DNA of 17,701 nucleotides, from NCBI GenBank assembly GCA_043750125.1, contig JAYVCD010000156.1, positions 1 through 17,701 on the forward strand. Reading direction: 5' to 3'. This DNA is from Archangiaceae bacterium. GTDB taxonomy: Bacteria; Myxococcota; Myxococcia; Myxococcales; Myxococcaceae. Of the stretch, positions 15,974 through 17,701 are shown in pieces (the stretch's first letter is position 1; each line of letters begins with the position of its first letter). Made by a program: the position numbers and the translations under genes. The notes below the pieces were generated by a model that saw nothing but the letters and a program-made list of their open reading frames with translations, was not told where the DNA came from and made no database searches.

Positions 15974-17701
15974 CTGGCGACGCCGTCATGGGATTCCCGC
16001 TGACCGATCCCGGCCACGTCAGGGTCGAGTCTCCATCGCTGCGTCAACGAGTCCTGGCACGGTTGATTCGCGACGAGCGCGATCTGCCGCTGGTGAGCCT
16101 GCTGTCGCTGCTCCTCGCGCTGTTCCCGCCCTGTGCGCTCTATCTCCTTTCTCAGCCGCGAATTGATTGGTTCGTCGCAGGTCCGTACCTCTTGTTGAAC
16201 CTGCTCGTGTTCGTCGGTCCGTACACGATGATGGTCCACAACATCTGCCACCGCGTTGTCTTCCGACCACGGTACCAGGCGTTCAGTCGCTTCGTCGCAT
16301 TCTGGATATTGGCTCCGATCTTCGGCCAATCCCCCGAGACCTATTATTGCCACCACGTGGGGACGCACCACCCCGAGAACAACCTCGTCGACGACGTCAG
16401 CTCCACGCTTCGCTACCAGCGCGACAGCCTCTGGGATTTCTCGAGATACCTTGCTCGCTTCACCCTGCTCGCCTTCTACGACCTCGCCGGCTATTTCTGG
16501 AGAAGGGGAAAGCGGCGCCTCTGGATTCGCACCGTGGTCGGCGAAGCGGCCTACTACCTCCTGGTGGGCGCGGCGCTGCTGCTCAACTGGCGGGGAGCGC
16601 TGATCGTATTCGTGATCCCGTGGGTCTTCGTCCGCCTGGCGCTGATGGCCGGGAATTGGGCTCAACACGCATTCATCGACTTGGCCGCGCCAGCGAACAG
16701 CTATCGCAACAGCATCACGTGCATCAACAGTCGCTACAACCGGGTCTGCTTCAACGACGGCTACCACGCAGGGCATCACCTGCGAACCGGCCTTCATTGG
16801 ACGGAGATGCCGGACAATTTCCTGAAAAACCTCCACAGCTACCGAAGCGAGGGCGCCGTGGTCTTCCGGGGGATCGACTACCTCGGAGTCTGGCTGGCGC
16901 TGATGCTCAAGCAATACGGATGGCTGGCCGAGCGATACGTGGATCTCAGCGAGCGCCCACTGAGCAAGGCAGAAATCATCGCGCTCCTTCGGTCGCGCAC
17001 CCGCAAGCGCACCGTCGATCCGCTGGTCGAGGCAAGTCGACCGCTCGGCGGCTGGGAGCGGATGACCGCGATCATGCACCAGGAGTTCCACGGCACCGGG
17101 ATCCTCGTCGGCTGTGCGCGACTGGAGGGCCTCGTCGAACGCGAGTCGCTCTGCCGAGCCTGGGCCGCAATGGTCGCACTGCATCCGGCGCTGCGGGCGC
17201 GCATCGCCTGGGCTAACGGAGAGCCACGCATCGAATCGCTCGCAGCGAACGCGTCGGCACTCCCGGTTGCATTTCCCCAGGGGGCGGACTGGCAACTGCT
17301 CATGGAGGAGGAGATGAGCCGCCCGTTCGATTCGGCGCGAGGGCCGCTGTGGCGCGTGCACTGTGTGAACGGAGCCGGGACGAGCGACATCGTGGTCGCG
17401 CTCCACCATACGATCGCCGATGGGCTCAGCCTCACCCGCCTGCTCGACGACTTGCTCACCCAGCTTTCACCTGGAGAGCTGGCGCCTGTGGGTTACGGCG
17501 CTCTTCAACCCGCGATCGAGAGTTCCCATGGGTCGAAGCCGAACCTTGTCCTCTACGGCGCGGGCTTTCTCAGCCGAGCGCTGATGCGCCTCGTCAAGCG
17601 ACAGCCGCGCGTCACCTTCTCCGGCTACGCACCGTTTCCGGATCGGCGAACCCGCCACCTGTTTTTCGAGCTTGCGGCCAATGAGACTGATGCGCTCGTG
17701 C
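15970..17701 (+). CDS. Fatty-acid desaturase-family domain fused to a condensation/PapA5-like acyltransferase domain; 3' end beyond the window
   Basis: Manual translation from ATG 15970 (ATGA overlap), open to the window end. HNICH at 16237-16251, HHVGTHH at 16351-16371, GNWAQH, and FNDGYHAGHH with HAGHH at 16765-16779. Then RPLGGWERM, HPALRARI, PFDSARGPLWRV and HHTIADG at 17404-17424. Confidence 0.88.
   Translation, partial: MTGDAVMGFPLTDPGHVRVESPSLRQRVLARLIRDERDLPLVSLLSLLLALFPPCALYLLSQPRIDWFVAGPYLLLNLLVFVGPYTMMVHNICHRVVFRPRYQAFSRFVAFWILAPIFGQSPETYYCHHVGTHHPENNLVDDVSSTLRYQRDSLWDFSRYLARFTLLAFYDLAGYFWRRGKRRLWIRTVVGEAAYYLLVGAALLLNWRGALIVFVIPWVFVRLALMAGNWAQHAFIDLAAPANSYRNSITCINSRYNRVCFNDGYHAGHHLRTGLHWTEMPDNFLKNLHSYRSEGAVVFRGIDYLGVWLALMLKQYGWLAERYVDLSERPLSKAEIIALLRSRTRKRTVDPLVEASRPLGGWERMTAIMHQEFHGTGILVGCARLEGLVERESLCRAWAAMVALHPALRARIAWANGEPRIESLAANASALPVAFPQGADWQLLMEEEMSRPFDSARGPLWRVHCVNGAGTSDIVVALHHTIADGLSLTRLLDDLLTQLSPGELAPVGYGALQPAIESSHGSKPNLVLYGAGFLSRALMRLVKRQPRVTFSGYAPFPDRRTRHLFFELAANETDALV

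Noticed and set aside
15943-17459. Track ORFs 15943-17409 (-), 16167-17216 (+) and 16878-17459 (-)
   Set aside because: Shadow or alternate frames of the real ORF starting at 15970, which carries all the motifs.

Overview
High-GC bacterial DNA, probably Myxococcota (inferred from the myxobacterial-style Ser/Thr kinase). The left half (1-9076) looks like core genome. It holds a membrane Ser/Thr kinase cut by the window edge, a plsC-like acyltransferase, and a translationally coupled KS/KS-like/KS/CLF/polysaccharide-deacetylase operon resembling aryl polyene/flexirubin loci but with no ACP. Next come an ECF sigma/putative anti-sigma/GNAT unit divergent from a small ExbB/MotA-like gene, with mirror-image candidate ECF promoters between them, and tRNA-Arg(CCG). 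The right half looks like accessory DNA anchored at the tRNA. It holds an IS3 remnant, decayed element ORFs, two paralogous putative outer-membrane beta-barrels, a LytS/LytTR pair, a RelE-like/XRE toxin-antitoxin module and a lipid-modification operon. That operon encodes a DEGS/DES1-like sphingolipid desaturase and a desaturase fused to an HHxxxDG condensation-type acyltransferase; the fusion is missing from the ORF track and runs off the window. The best candidate for an undescribed system is a LytTR regulon: the same CCGYTCRTCGC direct-repeat array lies upstream of both the barrel pair and the desaturase operon. All family calls come from motif recognition by eye; no searches were run.
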